Shown one piece after another: positions 10,512 through 20,209 of a DNA stretch of 64,000 nt (the stretch's first letter is position 1; each line of letters begins with the position of its first letter). Location of the stretch: the IMG/VR virus record IMGVR_UViG_3300020433_000743, positions 5,471 to 69,470 of that record. The stretch is one strand, 5' to 3'. The notes beneath the pieces are model-generated. The model did no database searches and was not told where the DNA came from. It saw only the letters and a program-made list of their open reading frames with translations. The position numbers and the translations under genes were made by a program. The stretch is from a virus.

Positions 10512-11174
10512 TTAATTTAACTTATAAAGATTATGATCTGTATCATTATTTACTGTACCTAAAATTTCATACTTTTCAGTCATCTTAGGTAGGCCTAATT
10601 GATCCCATTTAGGTTCACTTAATATAGCACAGTTTGTAACTTTTGGCAAAACAGTAAACATCTGTGCAACCTCCTCAGGAATGTGATCATTCCCATGGAA
10701 GAAATTTAATATTGAAACACATTCAAAAACTGGTCGATCAAAGTAACCAAAGAAATCTATAAAGGTTCTAAAGTTTCCGATGTATCCATATTTCTTCCCA
10801 CCATAATGATGTTCAAAAGCAGCATCAGATGTTCTCACACAATCTTCTCTAGGGTCTACACCTACAGAAAATATATCATTCTTATTACATAGGAAAGAGA
10901 AATGATTATTAGCACATCCCATATCTAAATTAGATTTGATATTGTTCTTCTTAAAAAGATCAATTACTTCCATCCAAAAATCATACCTTGTGTGTTTAGC
11001 ATAAGCATCTTCCTTATAAAAATCAGTAATACCTTCATCATCAAAGTGACCCACACAATTTGCATGCCATCTGATATCTTGATTGTTACTATACCATCCA
11101 CGTGTCTGAATGATATTATCATATGAATAGTCATTAAAACTACTCATCATATTAAAGATAGTGCTCTTTTCCAT
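10512..11174 (-). CDS. Putative class I SAM-dependent methyltransferase
   Basis: LDMGCANNHFS motif I, followed by VGVD. Confidence 0.6.
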   Translation of the reverse strand: MEKSTIFNMMSSFNDYSYDNIIQTRGWYSNNQDIRWHANCVGHFDDEGITDFYKEDAYAKHTRYDFWMEVIDLFKKNNIKSNLDMGCANNHFSFLCNKNDIFSVGVDPREDCVRTSDAAFEHHYGGKKYGYIGNFRTFIDFFGYFDRPVFECVSILNFFHGNDHIPEEVAQMFTVLPKVTNCAILSEPKWDQLGLPKMTEKYEILGTVNNDTDHNLYKLN

Positions 11175-11899
11175 TAGCAAATGTGAAAGTTATTTAAGTC
11201 TCTAGTATTACCACTTCGTTCCCATTCGTTACGAACAATGCCTAACCAATCAAGTATTTCATATTGTACTTTCTTCTCATGAATAAACTCATAGAGATGT
11301 ACCTCTGATGAAATATGTTTATCAGAAAGTTCTTGTAATCTATCAGCACTATACTGAGCATACTCTAACATATCAGCAGTCTTCATAGAAAAATATGTAT
11401 CATTAAAATTATCCTTTTCATTACATCTAACTGCACCATCAAAATATATGTGACAGTTTTGTACAACAACCGCACCTTCAGATACTGCACTTCTTTCAAA
11501 TGAATAAGGACAAGTCCACATTCTTCTTCCAGTTACATAAGAAATATTATCATATTGAGGAAGTTCATCCTTCAGTTCTGATAATGCTTCATTCAACATT
11601 AATAATTCACCACAACCTTTATTTCTCTGACCTGCATTAGCTTGACTTCCTAATGATATGATTTCCATGTTAGAAAAATATTCCCTTATCTTAGGGTTCT
11701 TAATTTCATTAGGATCATCAATAGTATTTTCAACCAATACCATATCATAATTACTAGGCATTATCCTCTCAAGTTGTTGAACTGTCTGATAATATTCCTC
11801 TTCCCTATAATCACATACAGATGGTTTAAGTTGTTCAGGCCTAATAGAACAAAATACTAATGCTAAGTTATTAGGTCTAATAATTTTAGGGGTTATCAT
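11174..11899 (-). CDS. Hypothetical protein (glycan island)
   Basis: 241-aa ORF coupled to both neighbours; NKGCGE and VTGR motifs. Confidence 0.6.
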   Translation of the reverse strand: MITPKIIRPNNLALVFCSIRPEQLKPSVCDYREEEYYQTVQQLERIMPSNYDMVLVENTIDDPNEIKNPKIREYFSNMEIISLGSQANAGQRNKGCGELLMLNEALSELKDELPQYDNISYVTGRRMWTCPYSFERSAVSEGAVVVQNCHIYFDGAVRCNEKDNFNDTYFSMKTADMLEYAQYSADRLQELSDKHISSEVHLYEFIHEKKVQYEILDWLGIVRNEWERSGNTRDLNNFHIC

Positions 11900-12813
11900 T
11901 TTATATAATCCTGATAAGTTGATTTAATACCGTCACGTAAACTAATAGTAGGTTGCCAACCCATTGATTTAATTTTACTCACATCAAGAACTTTGCGTGG
12001 AGTACCATTAGGTTTGGATGTATCCCATTCTATTTTTGTATTTCCAATAATACCACTAACAGTTTCAGCAAGTTCTTTGATAGTTATATCTTCTCCTGTA
12101 CCTACATTGATGGGTGATGCTTCATTATAATTATTGAGTAAAAGATGAAGTGCTTCTGCTAAATCATCCACATGAAGAAACTCTCTTCTAGCAGAACCAT
12201 CACCCCATAGAGTAACTTTATCATGACGAAGATGTGCTGCCTCATGAAACTTACGTATCATAGCAGGAAGAACATGTGATTTTTCTAAATCATAGTTATC
12301 ATTTGGCCCATATAAATTTGTAGGCATTACTGATATAGCATTAAAACCATACTGTTGACGATATGCCTGACACATTTTAATACCTGCAATCTTAGCAGTT
12401 GCATAGGCATCATTGCTAGGTTCTAACGCACCAGTCATTAGTTCTTCTTCTTTGATTGGTTGGTTAGCAAACTTAGGATAGATGCAAGATGAACCTAAGA
12501 AGATAAGTTTCTTTGCACCATAACGGTAAGCACAATCTATGATATTAGTTTGAATCATCAAGTTATCATAGATGAAGTGGGCTGGTGATTCGGTATTAGC
12601 ACCTATACCACCTACCTTTGCAGCAGCAAGGAAGACATAATCTGGTTGATTAATTCTAAAAAATTGCTCTACTCTACTTTGAACTGTTAGATCCCAATGA
12701 GATGAAGGTGAAGATATGATATTATAAAATCTTTTCTTCTTAAGCATACGGACTATAGCCGATCCTACTAGTCCTGTATTACCTGCAACATAAAATTTAC
12801 TATTACTGTCCAT
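11896..12813 (-). CDS. fcl: GDP-L-fucose synthase
   Basis: [30 protein letters not shown] and SHVLPA motifs. Confidence 0.95.
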   Translation of the reverse strand: MDSNSKFYVAGNTGLVGSAIVRMLKKKRFYNIISSPSSHWDLTVQSRVEQFFRINQPDYVFLAAAKVGGIGANTESPAHFIYDNLMIQTNIIDCAYRYGAKKLIFLGSSCIYPKFANQPIKEEELMTGALEPSNDAYATAKIAGIKMCQAYRQQYGFNAISVMPTNLYGPNDNYDLEKSHVLPAMIRKFHEAAHLRHDKVTLWGDGSARREFLHVDDLAEALHLLLNNYNEASPINVGTGEDITIKELAETVSGIIGNTKIEWDTSKPNGTPRKVLDVSKIKSMGWQPTISLRDGIKSTYQDYIK

Positions 12814-13807
12814 AAAGTACCATGTCTTCTATTAATTGATCAAAAGTTATTTTAGGTTCCCAACCTAATTTTTCTTTTGCTTTGGTTGGATCTCCTAACA
12901 AAGATTCAACTTCAGCTGGTCTAAAGTATCTAGGGTTGACTTTAATGACCGTTTTTTGGGAGGTTAAGTCATAACCAAATTCATCCATTCCCTCACCTCT
13001 CCACTCTATTTTAAAACCGAAGAAGGGTGCTACCTTATTAACAAAATCTTTAACAGAGTATTGTTCTCCAGTAGCGATAACATAATCATCTGGTTCATCT
13101 TGCTGAAGCATTAACCACATTGCTTCAACATAATCCTTTGCATGACCCCAATCTCTTTTTGCATTAAGATTACCGAGTTCTAATATACTCTGAAGTCCAA
13201 CAGATATTTTTGATAGACCTTTTGTAATCTTACGAGTTACAAATGTCTCACCTCTTCTTGGACTCTCATGGTTAAAAAGAATACCAGTGCTGCAATGCAT
13301 TCCATATGCTTCACGATAATTTTTAATTATCCAATATCCATATAGTTTTGCAACTCCATATGGAGAACGTGGATGGAAAGGAGTGGTTTCTGTTTGTGGT
13401 GTTGCTTGCACAAGACCATAAAGTTCTGATGTAGATGCTTGATATATTCTAACATCTTTCTCCATTCCTAGTGATCTAACTGCTTCAAGAACTCTAAGAG
13501 TTCCTATAGCATCTACCTGTCCAGTATATTCTGGTATCTCAAAGGAAACTTTTACATGACTCTGAGCACCTAGATTGTATATCTCTTGTGGTTTAACTTT
13601 TTGAATAACACTAATCAAACTAAAAGCATCAGTTAGATCACCAAAATGAAGTTTTAGTTTTGGATAGATATGATCTATTCTATCTGTGTTAAGTAATGAA
13701 GCACGACGAACAATTCCGTGTACCTCATATCCTTTTTCCAATAGTAGTTCAGCAAGGTAAGAACCATCCTGTCCTGTAATACCTGTTATTAAGGCAACTT
13801 TAGTCAT
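12803..13807 (-). CDS. gmd: GDP-mannose 4,6-dehydratase
   Basis: [19 protein letters not shown] and FNHESPRRG motifs. Confidence 0.97.
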   Translation of the reverse strand: MTKVALITGITGQDGSYLAELLLEKGYEVHGIVRRASLLNTDRIDHIYPKLKLHFGDLTDAFSLISVIQKVKPQEIYNLGAQSHVKVSFEIPEYTGQVDAIGTLRVLEAVRSLGMEKDVRIYQASTSELYGLVQATPQTETTPFHPRSPYGVAKLYGYWIIKNYREAYGMHCSTGILFNHESPRRGETFVTRKITKGLSKISVGLQSILELGNLNAKRDWGHAKDYVEAMWLMLQQDEPDDYVIATGEQYSVKDFVNKVAPFFGFKIEWRGEGMDEFGYDLTSQKTVIKVNPRYFRPAEVESLLGDPTKAKEKLGWEPKITFDQLIEDMVLYGQ

Positions 13808-14325
13808 AATTCTTCGAAGGAATGTCCTTTTGTATCTTTGAGAGAAAGAATAGGATCACCATCAAGTGGCCATTCTATATCTACAGAATTCCACATCAAA
13901 GTTCTTTGATGTTGTGGGTAATAATAATCAGTACATTTATATTGAAACTCTGCAGTATCACTCAGAGTATAAAACCCATGAGCAAAACCAGGAGGAATCC
14001 AAAGTAGTTGTTCTGGTCTGTCTAGTACTATACCAAGAGACTTACCAAATGTCTCAGAATGTTTTCTTATATCAACAAATGCATCATATACAGCACCCTG
14101 AGTACAACGAATCAGTTTACCTTGAGGATGTTCTATTTGATAATGAAGACCTCTTAGTACACCCTTAGAAGACTTTGAATGATTGTCTTGAACAAATTCA
14201 TAGAAACCAATTTCTTTTTGAATTGCCTGTTCACTATAGGATTCCATAAAGAATCCTCTATCATCTTCAAACTTATCTACAGTAATAAGTAAGACATCAA
14301 CTAGATTAGTTTCTTCTACTTTCAT
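13804..14325 (-). CDS. rfbC: dTDP-4-dehydrorhamnose 3,5-epimerase
   Basis: DDRGFF, QDNHS, LRGLHYQ and PPGFAHGF motifs. Confidence 0.95.
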   Translation of the reverse strand: MKVEETNLVDVLLITVDKFEDDRGFFMESYSEQAIQKEIGFYEFVQDNHSKSSKGVLRGLHYQIEHPQGKLIRCTQGAVYDAFVDIRKHSETFGKSLGIVLDRPEQLLWIPPGFAHGFYTLSDTAEFQYKCTDYYYPQHQRTLMWNSVDIEWPLDGDPILSLKDTKGHSFEEL

Positions 14326-15241
14326 ACCATTGTATTGTTTTTAATAAACCCTCTTCCAGACTATGCTTAGGAGAGAAATCTAATTCAAACCTTATTTTAG
14401 CATTATTAATAGAATATCGCAAGTCATGACCTGGCCTATCATCAACATATTCTATCAAATCCTCACTTGCATTCATCATTTTAATAATAGTCTTTACAAG
14501 ATCGTTATTTGTAACTTCACATTCTCCACCAATATTATATTTTTCTCCTACCTTACCATTATTAAAGACATTAAGAATACCTTCACAATGATCTTCAATA
14601 TAAATCCAATCTCTTATATTCTCACCTTCACCATACACAGGTATCTTTTTACCCTCTAATATATTAGTAATTGTTTTAGGAATTAATTTTTCTAGATGCT
14701 GTCTAGGGCCATAATTATTAGAACAATTAGTAATAATAGTTGGGAGACCATATGTATTGTTATAGGCTTGTACAAAATGATCACTTGCTGCTTTAGATGC
14801 TGAATAAGGATTCATTGGATCATATGCGGTCATCTCAGTAAAGGATTGATCATACCATTTAAGAGAACCATATACCTCATCAGTAGAAATATGATGAAAC
14901 TTTTCTACCTCATATTTAACTGCAAGATTAAGAAGATTTACAGTTCCTATAATATTAGATTGAATAAAAGGATCTGGATCATTAATAGAATTATCTACAT
15001 GAGTTTCAGCAGCAAAATGAAATATAGCCTTTGGTTTATACTTTTCAAATAGTGTTGTTAACTGATCCTTAGATGATATATCTACCTGTTCAAGAGGATA
15101 TCCTAACGGATATAAATTTTTTTTATTAGAAGCATATGAAAGTTTATCAACTACAACAATATCTTTATAGCCCTTTGATGATAAGTAATGTACAAAATTA
15201 CTACCTATGAATCCTGCACCACCAGTAACAAAAGTAATCAT
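14306..15241 (-). CDS. rfbB: dTDP-glucose 4,6-dehydratase
   Basis: AAETHVD, STDEVYG, YSASK and DRPGHD motifs. Confidence 0.95.
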   Translation of the reverse strand: MITFVTGGAGFIGSNFVHYLSSKGYKDIVVVDKLSYASNKKNLYPLGYPLEQVDISSKDQLTTLFEKYKPKAIFHFAAETHVDNSINDPDPFIQSNIIGTVNLLNLAVKYEVEKFHHISTDEVYGSLKWYDQSFTEMTAYDPMNPYSASKAASDHFVQAYNNTYGLPTIITNCSNNYGPRQHLEKLIPKTITNILEGKKIPVYGEGENIRDWIYIEDHCEGILNVFNNGKVGEKYNIGGECEVTNNDLVKTIIKMMNASEDLIEYVDDRPGHDLRYSINNAKIRFELDFSPKHSLEEGLLKTIQWYESRRN

Positions 15242-16119
15242 TAATAATCCTCAATAATACTTTCAAGGTAATTACCATACCCACTCTTAGGATATGCCTT
15301 TGCTAATTGATATAGTTCTATACCATTTATCCATCTATTTTTATATGCAACTTCTTCTGGACAGGATACTTTATATGATTGTATTTGTTCACAATTGGCT
15401 ACAAAATTAGAGGCTAAAAGAAGAGAATCAAATGTACCTGCATCTATCCAAGTCATTGATCTGGTTAGATTTTTTACATTTAATTCTTCAGTTTCCAAAT
15501 ATTTTTTACAGAGATCTATAATCTCAGTCTCTCCTCTACTAGAGGGTTTTAATTGTTTTGCATATTCAATACATTTATTATCAAAGAAATATATTCCAAT
15601 CAATGCCCTATTAGATTTTGGATGTTCTGGTTTCTCCTCGATTGATACTACATCTCCTTCATCATAACCATCAAATTCAATCACACCAAATCTTTCTGGA
15701 TCTTTCACTGGATATGAAAGTATGGTTGCTCCTGTTTCTTTCTGTGCTTCTTGTAGAATAGAATCTAAATTATTTCCAAATATAATATTATCACCCAATA
15801 CCATGCATACATTATCGTCACCGATAAAATCTTCTGCAATTACAAATGCTTCTGGTAAACCATTTGGTTTGTCTTGTATCTTATATGTTATGTTTATACC
15901 CAGATGCATTCCATTTCCAAGTAGTTTTTTAAATTGATCTACCTGATCTTCATTTGTAATGATAAGTATATCCCTAATACCTGCAATCATTAATGTACAT
16001 AGAGGATAGTATATGAGAGGTTTATCATATACATTCATCAACTGTTTAGATACTACTAAAGAGGATGGATGAAGACGAGTTCCACTTCCTCCAGCCAAGA
16101 TAATACCTTTATACATCAT
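15241..16119 (-). CDS. rfbA: Glucose-1-phosphate thymidylyltransferase
   Basis: [20 protein letters not shown] and WIDAGT motifs. Confidence 0.95.
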   Translation of the reverse strand: MMYKGIILAGGSGTRLHPSSLVVSKQLMNVYDKPLIYYPLCTLMIAGIRDILIITNEDQVDQFKKLLGNGMHLGINITYKIQDKPNGLPEAFVIAEDFIGDDNVCMVLGDNIIFGNNLDSILQEAQKETGATILSYPVKDPERFGVIEFDGYDEGDVVSIEEKPEHPKSNRALIGIYFFDNKCIEYAKQLKPSSRGETEIIDLCKKYLETEELNVKNLTRSMTWIDAGTFDSLLLASNFVANCEQIQSYKVSCPEEVAYKNRWINGIELYQLAKAYPKSGYGNYLESIIEDY

Positions 16120-16454
16120 GATCTCCCATAATTATCATCAAAACGTTCTATATCATCTTCTTCAAGATAAGCACCACTTTGCACCTCAACGATTCTTAAG
16201 GGTATCTTACCACGATTTGATAGTCTATGCTTTGAACCTAATGGTATATATGTGCTCTCATTTTCTTTTATTATAGAGATTTTTCCATCCACTTCAACTT
16301 GAGCAGTACCTTCTACAACTACCCAATGTTCTGCCCTATGCAAATGTTTCTGTAAAGAAAGACTTGCATTGGGCTTAACTTCTATACGTTTTACTTTATA
16401 ACGATTACCTTGGTCGATAACTTCATACCAACCCCAAGGTCTTTCTTCTTTCAT
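16116..16454 (-). CDS. Mannose-6-phosphate isomerase type II cupin (stand-alone ManC C-terminal domain)
   Basis: [18 protein letters not shown] and [15 protein letters not shown] motifs. Confidence 0.9.
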   Translation of the reverse strand: MKEERPWGWYEVIDQGNRYKVKRIEVKPNASLSLQKHLHRAEHWVVVEGTAQVEVDGKISIIKENESTYIPLGSKHRLSNRGKIPLRIVEVQSGAYLEEDDIERFDDNYGRS

Positions 16455-16687
16455 CTTGTAACATGATCCTGTACATAACATGGTACACCCGCAGGGTCTA
16501 ACCATTTGGTGTATTCAAAATCTGCAATAGCTGTTTTCATTTGCATCCAATTATCACAAAGGTACATGTCTTTGTAACCATTGTGATTATTCCATTTTTG
16601 AATACGATAATCTGGATGTCCATTTTCTAGAAGATCAGGCATCTTTACATACCTGTATGGATCATGTTGATATAAAACTTCAATCAT
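16451..16687 (-). CDS. Conserved cyanophage hypothetical protein
   Basis: [12 protein letters not shown]...[10 protein letters not shown]; translationally coupled to neighbours. Confidence 0.7.
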   Translation of the reverse strand: MIEVLYQHDPYRYVKMPDLLENGHPDYRIQKWNNHNGYKDMYLCDNWMQMKTAIADFEYTKWLDPAGVPCYVQDHVTR

Positions 16688-16688
16688 A

Positions 16689-17084
16689 TTAACCTCCTGC
16701 AGCATCACATCCAATCTTACTACCTACAACTGCACCTATTGGAATTGCCCACCAACGTCCATCTCCTTTGGACATAGCAGCTCCTGCAGCACCACCTAAT
16801 AATGCACCTGCAACTTTTCCATCTGTACAATCATTCTCATCATACTCAACTACAGACTCTCTTTTAAGAACACGATTAGTTGTATGATCATCAGGACAGG
16901 GATATTCAATTAGTTCATTAAAAGTTCTTACAAAGCCAGGATCGTCTTTTGTACCTGGTACATACTCTTCTCTATATGTTTCTCTGTAACAAGTTTTGCT
17001 AGTTGTTTCCCATCTAATAACATCATCATCAGCAAGTACTGAAACAGGTGTGAGTGCTATAAGTGATGCAAGTAAAATTTTCAT
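16689..17084 (-). CDS. Exported protein with glycine-zipper 2TM domain
   Basis: Signal peptide, GALLGGAAGAA and WAIPIGAVVG. Confidence 0.75.
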   Translation of the reverse strand: MKILLASLIALTPVSVLADDDVIRWETTSKTCYRETYREEYVPGTKDDPGFVRTFNELIEYPCPDDHTTNRVLKRESVVEYDENDCTDGKVAGALLGGAAGAAMSKGDGRWWAIPIGAVVGSKIGCDAAGG

Positions 17085-17293
17085 AATGTTCCTGTAATGT
17101 CTTCTTCAATACAACTTAATACTTCACTATAATCAGCATCTGGATCTTCTCCATTAAGTTGTAGTCCTTCACTCTCATAATATCTTCTAATCTTTTTGTA
17201 AAGTTTAGGATCTTTTACATCCAGATAGATTTCTTTATTCACAGCAGCACGTAGTGTCTCTATGTTTTTCTTAAATTTTGAGTTGAGAGTCAT
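17081..17293 (-). CDS. Hypothetical protein
   Basis: 70-aa ORF directly downstream of a sigma70-type promoter. Confidence 0.7.
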   Translation of the reverse strand: MTLNSKFKKNIETLRAAVNKEIYLDVKDPKLYKKIRRYYESEGLQLNGEDPDADYSEVLSCIEEDITGTL

Positions 17294-17317
17294 TGCTCTA
17301 TAACGGTTTACCCTTCT

Positions 17318-17346
17318 ATTATAATGGATAAATGTTATCTAGTCAA
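17318..17346 (-). promoter_or_regulatory. Sigma70-type early promoter
   Basis: TTGACT-N17-TATAAT on the minus strand in an intergenic gap. Confidence 0.8.
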
Positions 17347-17350
17347 GCAA

Positions 17351-17548
17351 TTAGTCTATTCCGTATGGTGTTAAATCGTATTCTATTTTAGATAAACCCT
17401 CTTCTTCCTTTGTATTAGGTTGACCTATCTTTTCTAGGATATCAGCAGGTATTTTTTTCTTTGTAATGTCGTAGGGTATGGGTGCGTTATTTACACATAC
17501 CCTTACACATTCCCATTCTTCTTCAGTAAGAGAATAATTATTCGTCAT
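17351..17548 (-). CDS. Hypothetical protein
   Basis: 65-aa ORF in a gene-dense run. Confidence 0.6.
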   Translation of the reverse strand: MTNNYSLTEEEWECVRVCVNNAPIPYDITKKKIPADILEKIGQPNTKEEEGLSKIEYDLTPYGID

Positions 17549-17840
17549 GGTTGTGTCTTAATTTATCCCAATCACCACCTTCATGGCCATGAGCAATACC
17601 TAACTCATGCATTCTAGCATGGTCTTTGATAGGATCTTTAAGATCTTTACCACCTTTACCAAAAGTAGTATATAAACCATATCCTATGAGTGCTAGTACA
17701 CATACTCCTATGAATACTAGAAAGGCAGCACCTCCTTGTAGATGGCCTATTGGAATAATATATGCTTTACATGTTTGTGGATCAAACTTTTGCCAAGTAC
17801 CAGGCAAAGTATAAACAGGTGGACAAGAGAGAAAAAACAT
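17538..17840 (-). CDS. psbN: PsbN-like photosystem II assembly protein with N- and C-terminal extensions
   Basis: TM helix followed by GYGLYTTFGKGGKDLKDP, matching the PsbN pattern GY.lYtaFG.psk.LrDP. Confidence 0.65.
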   Translation of the reverse strand: MFFLSCPPVYTLPGTWQKFDPQTCKAYIIPIGHLQGGAAFLVFIGVCVLALIGYGLYTTFGKGGKDLKDPIKDHARMHELGIAHGHEGGDWDKLRHNHDE

Positions 17841-17843
17841 AAG

Positions 17844-18239
17844 TTACCTTCTATTAATTATTATATCCCCATCATCATCGTCATCTTCTTCATCTTCATT
17901 CAATTCTTCAATCCTATCTTGTAAGGATTTATGTAAAGGATCTCCTAGATTATGAAGTTCTGGCGAATCTAATTTGAATCTACTGCGATCAATTTGATCT
18001 GGTTCATCGAATCTTACTACTAATAACTCATCACCGTTTTGGACATCTTCCATTTCGGGATGAGGTTTTTTAGTAACAGTCATCTTATCTATACTAAACG
18101 ATCCTAAAGGAAATTGTGTTTTAGGTAATGGTTTCGTAACATCTGCGTATGCACTCCAACCACCAACCATTAATCTTATTGCGTATGCTAATAAGATAAA
18201 CCAACATATTGCAAAAACAATTTCAGTTACCGCGTTCAT
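17844..18239 (-). CDS. Membrane protein, DUF2973-like
   Basis: N-terminal TM helix, HPEM...ELLVVRF motif and acidic tail. Confidence 0.6.
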   Translation of the reverse strand: MNAVTEIVFAICWFILLAYAIRLMVGGWSAYADVTKPLPKTQFPLGSFSIDKMTVTKKPHPEMEDVQNGDELLVVRFDEPDQIDRSRFKLDSPELHNLGDPLHKSLQDRIEELNEDEEDDDDDGDIIINRR

Positions 18240-18394
18240 TAGATACCAGTTTCATCATCAACCAAAACTTTATGAGCCGTACCCATACCATCATATTTAT
18301 CCGAGTCGTAGTAACCTCCTTTAGTTCCAAAAAACAATGTTAGTCCTACAAAAGGAACACAAGTAACTAACAATACAATAGCTAATTGATCCAT
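18239..18394 (-). CDS. ndhP: NDH-1L small subunit NdhP (51 aa; below the ORF-track cutoff)
   Basis: Hand translation MDQLAIVLLVTCVPFVGLTLFFGTKGGYYDSDKYDGMGTAHKVLVDDETGI matches the NdhP signature FG..xG(F/Y)YD(S/T)DxYxGxG(S/T)AH. Start and stop each overlap a neighbour (TAATG). Confidence 0.85.
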   Translation of the reverse strand: MDQLAIVLLVTCVPFVGLTLFFGTKGGYYDSDKYDGMGTAHKVLVDDETGI

Positions 18395-18771
18395 TATCGG
18401 TTGAATAGTCTTTGTATTGGTACTTGCTTTAATTTATCAATCACATCTACTTCTACTCTATCAACAATCTTATCAAGGACATCTATATCAATCTGCATAA
18501 AAGGTGGGATAATACCAAGTAGACGAAGTAAACCATCTACAAACAATGCAAGAGCAGTGAATCCAAGAATCATAGAGATAACCGTTGCGTCTCTATTATG
18601 CTTACGCATTGACTCTTCATCAATTCTTCTCGCTTCAGCAACTGCTACGTTAACTGCATACTCAATCATTCTATCTACTTCTTCTTTGGTATATGCTACT
18701 TTACGAATTCTCTCTTCCGACATTTTTGCTCCTACGTCTGTAAGGGGGAACTCTTTTATTAATTCTACCAA
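18394..18771 (-). CDS. Conserved cyanophage membrane protein
   Basis: TTG start with GGAGG RBS; one TM segment (ILGFTALALFVDGLLRLLG). Confidence 0.7.
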   Translation of the reverse strand: MVELIKEFPLTDVGAKMSEERIRKVAYTKEEVDRMIEYAVNVAVAEARRIDEESMRKHNRDATVISMILGFTALALFVDGLLRLLGIIPPFMQIDIDVLDKIVDRVEVDVIDKLKQVPIQRLFNR

Positions 18772-18796
18772 GACTGTCCTCCGTCTATTTGATTAT

Positions 18797-18825
18797 AGTA
18801 TAACACCCACTTATAGGTTAGTCAA
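18797..18825 (-). promoter_or_regulatory. Sigma70-type early promoter with extended -10
   Basis: TTGACT-N17-TATACT, preceded by TGn. Confidence 0.75.
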
Positions 18826-18841
18826 TATAAATTATATATTG

Positions 18842-18994
18842 TTAAGTAATTTCATGCAAGTGTGTTGATGGTCTTTTGCCCATCTTCACACTTCTATCTT
18901 GTTCCATCTGATACATTTTCTGCATCATGTCTTGTTTCTTTTCGATTGCGTCTATCTTTTTTTGAACTTCATTGAGTTCTTTCTTGATATCCAT
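18842..18994 (-). CDS. Small coiled-coil hypothetical protein (50 aa)
   Basis: Hand translation MDIKKELNEVQKKIDAIEKKQDMMQKMYQMEQDRSVKMGKRPSTHLHEIT; fills an intergenic gap. Confidence 0.6.
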   Translation of the reverse strand: MDIKKELNEVQKKIDAIEKKQDMMQKMYQMEQDRSVKMGKRPSTHLHEIT

Positions 18995-19070
18995 ACGTCG
19001 TAAAAATTCTTCCCTTATGACCTCCTCACAAAGGGTAAATGCGGTGAGTTCTGGTCTAAGTATAAATTAT

Positions 19071-19328
19071 TTAGCGAACTTCGAAGTCTAACCTACGAAC
19101 TTTACGCTTTCTACGATCCTCTTGCCACTGCATATCTTGGTCTGTTAAACCTTCTTTAACAGTTTTTTTATGTGAGTTTACAAGAATGATATCATCCATA
19201 TTAACAGCAGATACATTACTACCTCTAATGGTCATCATGTTTGGACAACCACAAGAATAAGTTTTTCCACTATTAGCTTCTAACTCTTTACCACACGCAC
19301 GACACCGTACTTTTAGTTTTTCCATCAA
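19071..19328 (-). CDS. Small Zn-ribbon-like hypothetical protein
   Basis: CRACG...CGCPN cysteine pattern. Confidence 0.7.
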   Translation of the reverse strand: MMEKLKVRCRACGKELEANSGKTYSCGCPNMMTIRGSNVSAVNMDDIILVNSHKKTVKEGLTDQDMQWQEDRRKRKVRRLDFEVR

Positions 19329-19909
19329 CAGTTTTTGTTAAGATCCTCAGCCATATTTCCACCAATTTCTGCACCTTGATCCATACCTATCATCGTAGCA
19401 GCACCTGCAAGTACCCAACCAACAAAAGGAATAGAGGAGATACCAGTATTAGCAACAGCAGCACCAACTGAAGCACCGACCACTTTACCTGTTTGTTTTC
19501 CTCCACCGATTGCTTCGATGCAAGCTTCGCTTTTGTTACTGGCGATAGAATCGCCAACACCTCCTTTTACTTGCCACTCTTTTTGTATATGAACATCACC
19601 ATCCATTGTGTATTCTTCTGTAATTTCTTTGGTTTCGTTTGCTAATCCTAAGAATCCACCCTTCTCTTTAATAGTAGTGGTTTTAAACATTGTCTTTGGA
19701 TCATTTCCAACGTAACTCATCTTGTATCCTTCTTTGTCTGCTGATACAACATAAGATGTGTAAGGGCCTACAGGTGGTTGTATTACAGGTATATCACTTC
19801 GTCTTGCTATCATACCTATCATACCAATATGAGAAAGACCAAGTAGTCCACCCGCACTGAGAGCGAACCACTTAGTCCAATTTATTTTCTTCTTTTCATC
19901 TTGATCCAT
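19325..19909 (-). CDS. Membrane protein with glycine zipper
   Basis: N-terminal TM helix and GKVVGASVGAA...IPFVGWVLAGA. Confidence 0.7.
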   Translation of the reverse strand: MDQDEKKKINWTKWFALSAGGLLGLSHIGMIGMIARRSDIPVIQPPVGPYTSYVVSADKEGYKMSYVGNDPKTMFKTTTIKEKGGFLGLANETKEITEEYTMDGDVHIQKEWQVKGGVGDSIASNKSEACIEAIGGGKQTGKVVGASVGAAVANTGISSIPFVGWVLAGAATMIGMDQGAEIGGNMAEDLNKNC

Positions 19910-20017
19910 AATATTAGCAATTACTAACGTATATATACTACCAATAATTTTACCAATCTGGATAGAGATAATTGGCAAGAAGTATAATTAAAACAAATAA
20001 TATAAAGTAAACTACTA

Positions 20018-20209
20018 TCACCAATCATCCTCCGCGTTCAAGGACTCTTGATATTCCATATTTTGTTTGCAATGTGCGTGAACATCAATCTCCATATTAT
20101 AGTGAGCATGAGTATGAACTACCTGTATGAGGATGAGAGAACCCACCAATATACTATTGCACACTGTTAGTGGGTGAGTGATTGCATTAATTATTTTTTT
20201 CATATCCAA
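20018..20209 (-). CDS. Small membrane hypothetical protein
   Basis: Single TM helix followed by HTHAH. Confidence 0.6.
   Translation of the reverse strand: MDMKKIINAITHPLTVCNSILVGSLILIQVVHTHAHYNMEIDVHAHCKQNMEYQESLNAEDDW

Noticed and set aside
1-16454. Interpretation of the left part as bacterial chromosome (prophage junction or chimera)
   Set aside because: Composition, strand, gene overlaps, interspersed phage-type oxygenases and the GGSCC usage are continuous with the T4-like core.
18386-18868. 160-aa plus-strand ORF
   Set aside because: It is antisense to a gene that has its own promoter and GGAGG RBS, and its Ser/Ile-rich composition is typical of a shadow ORF.
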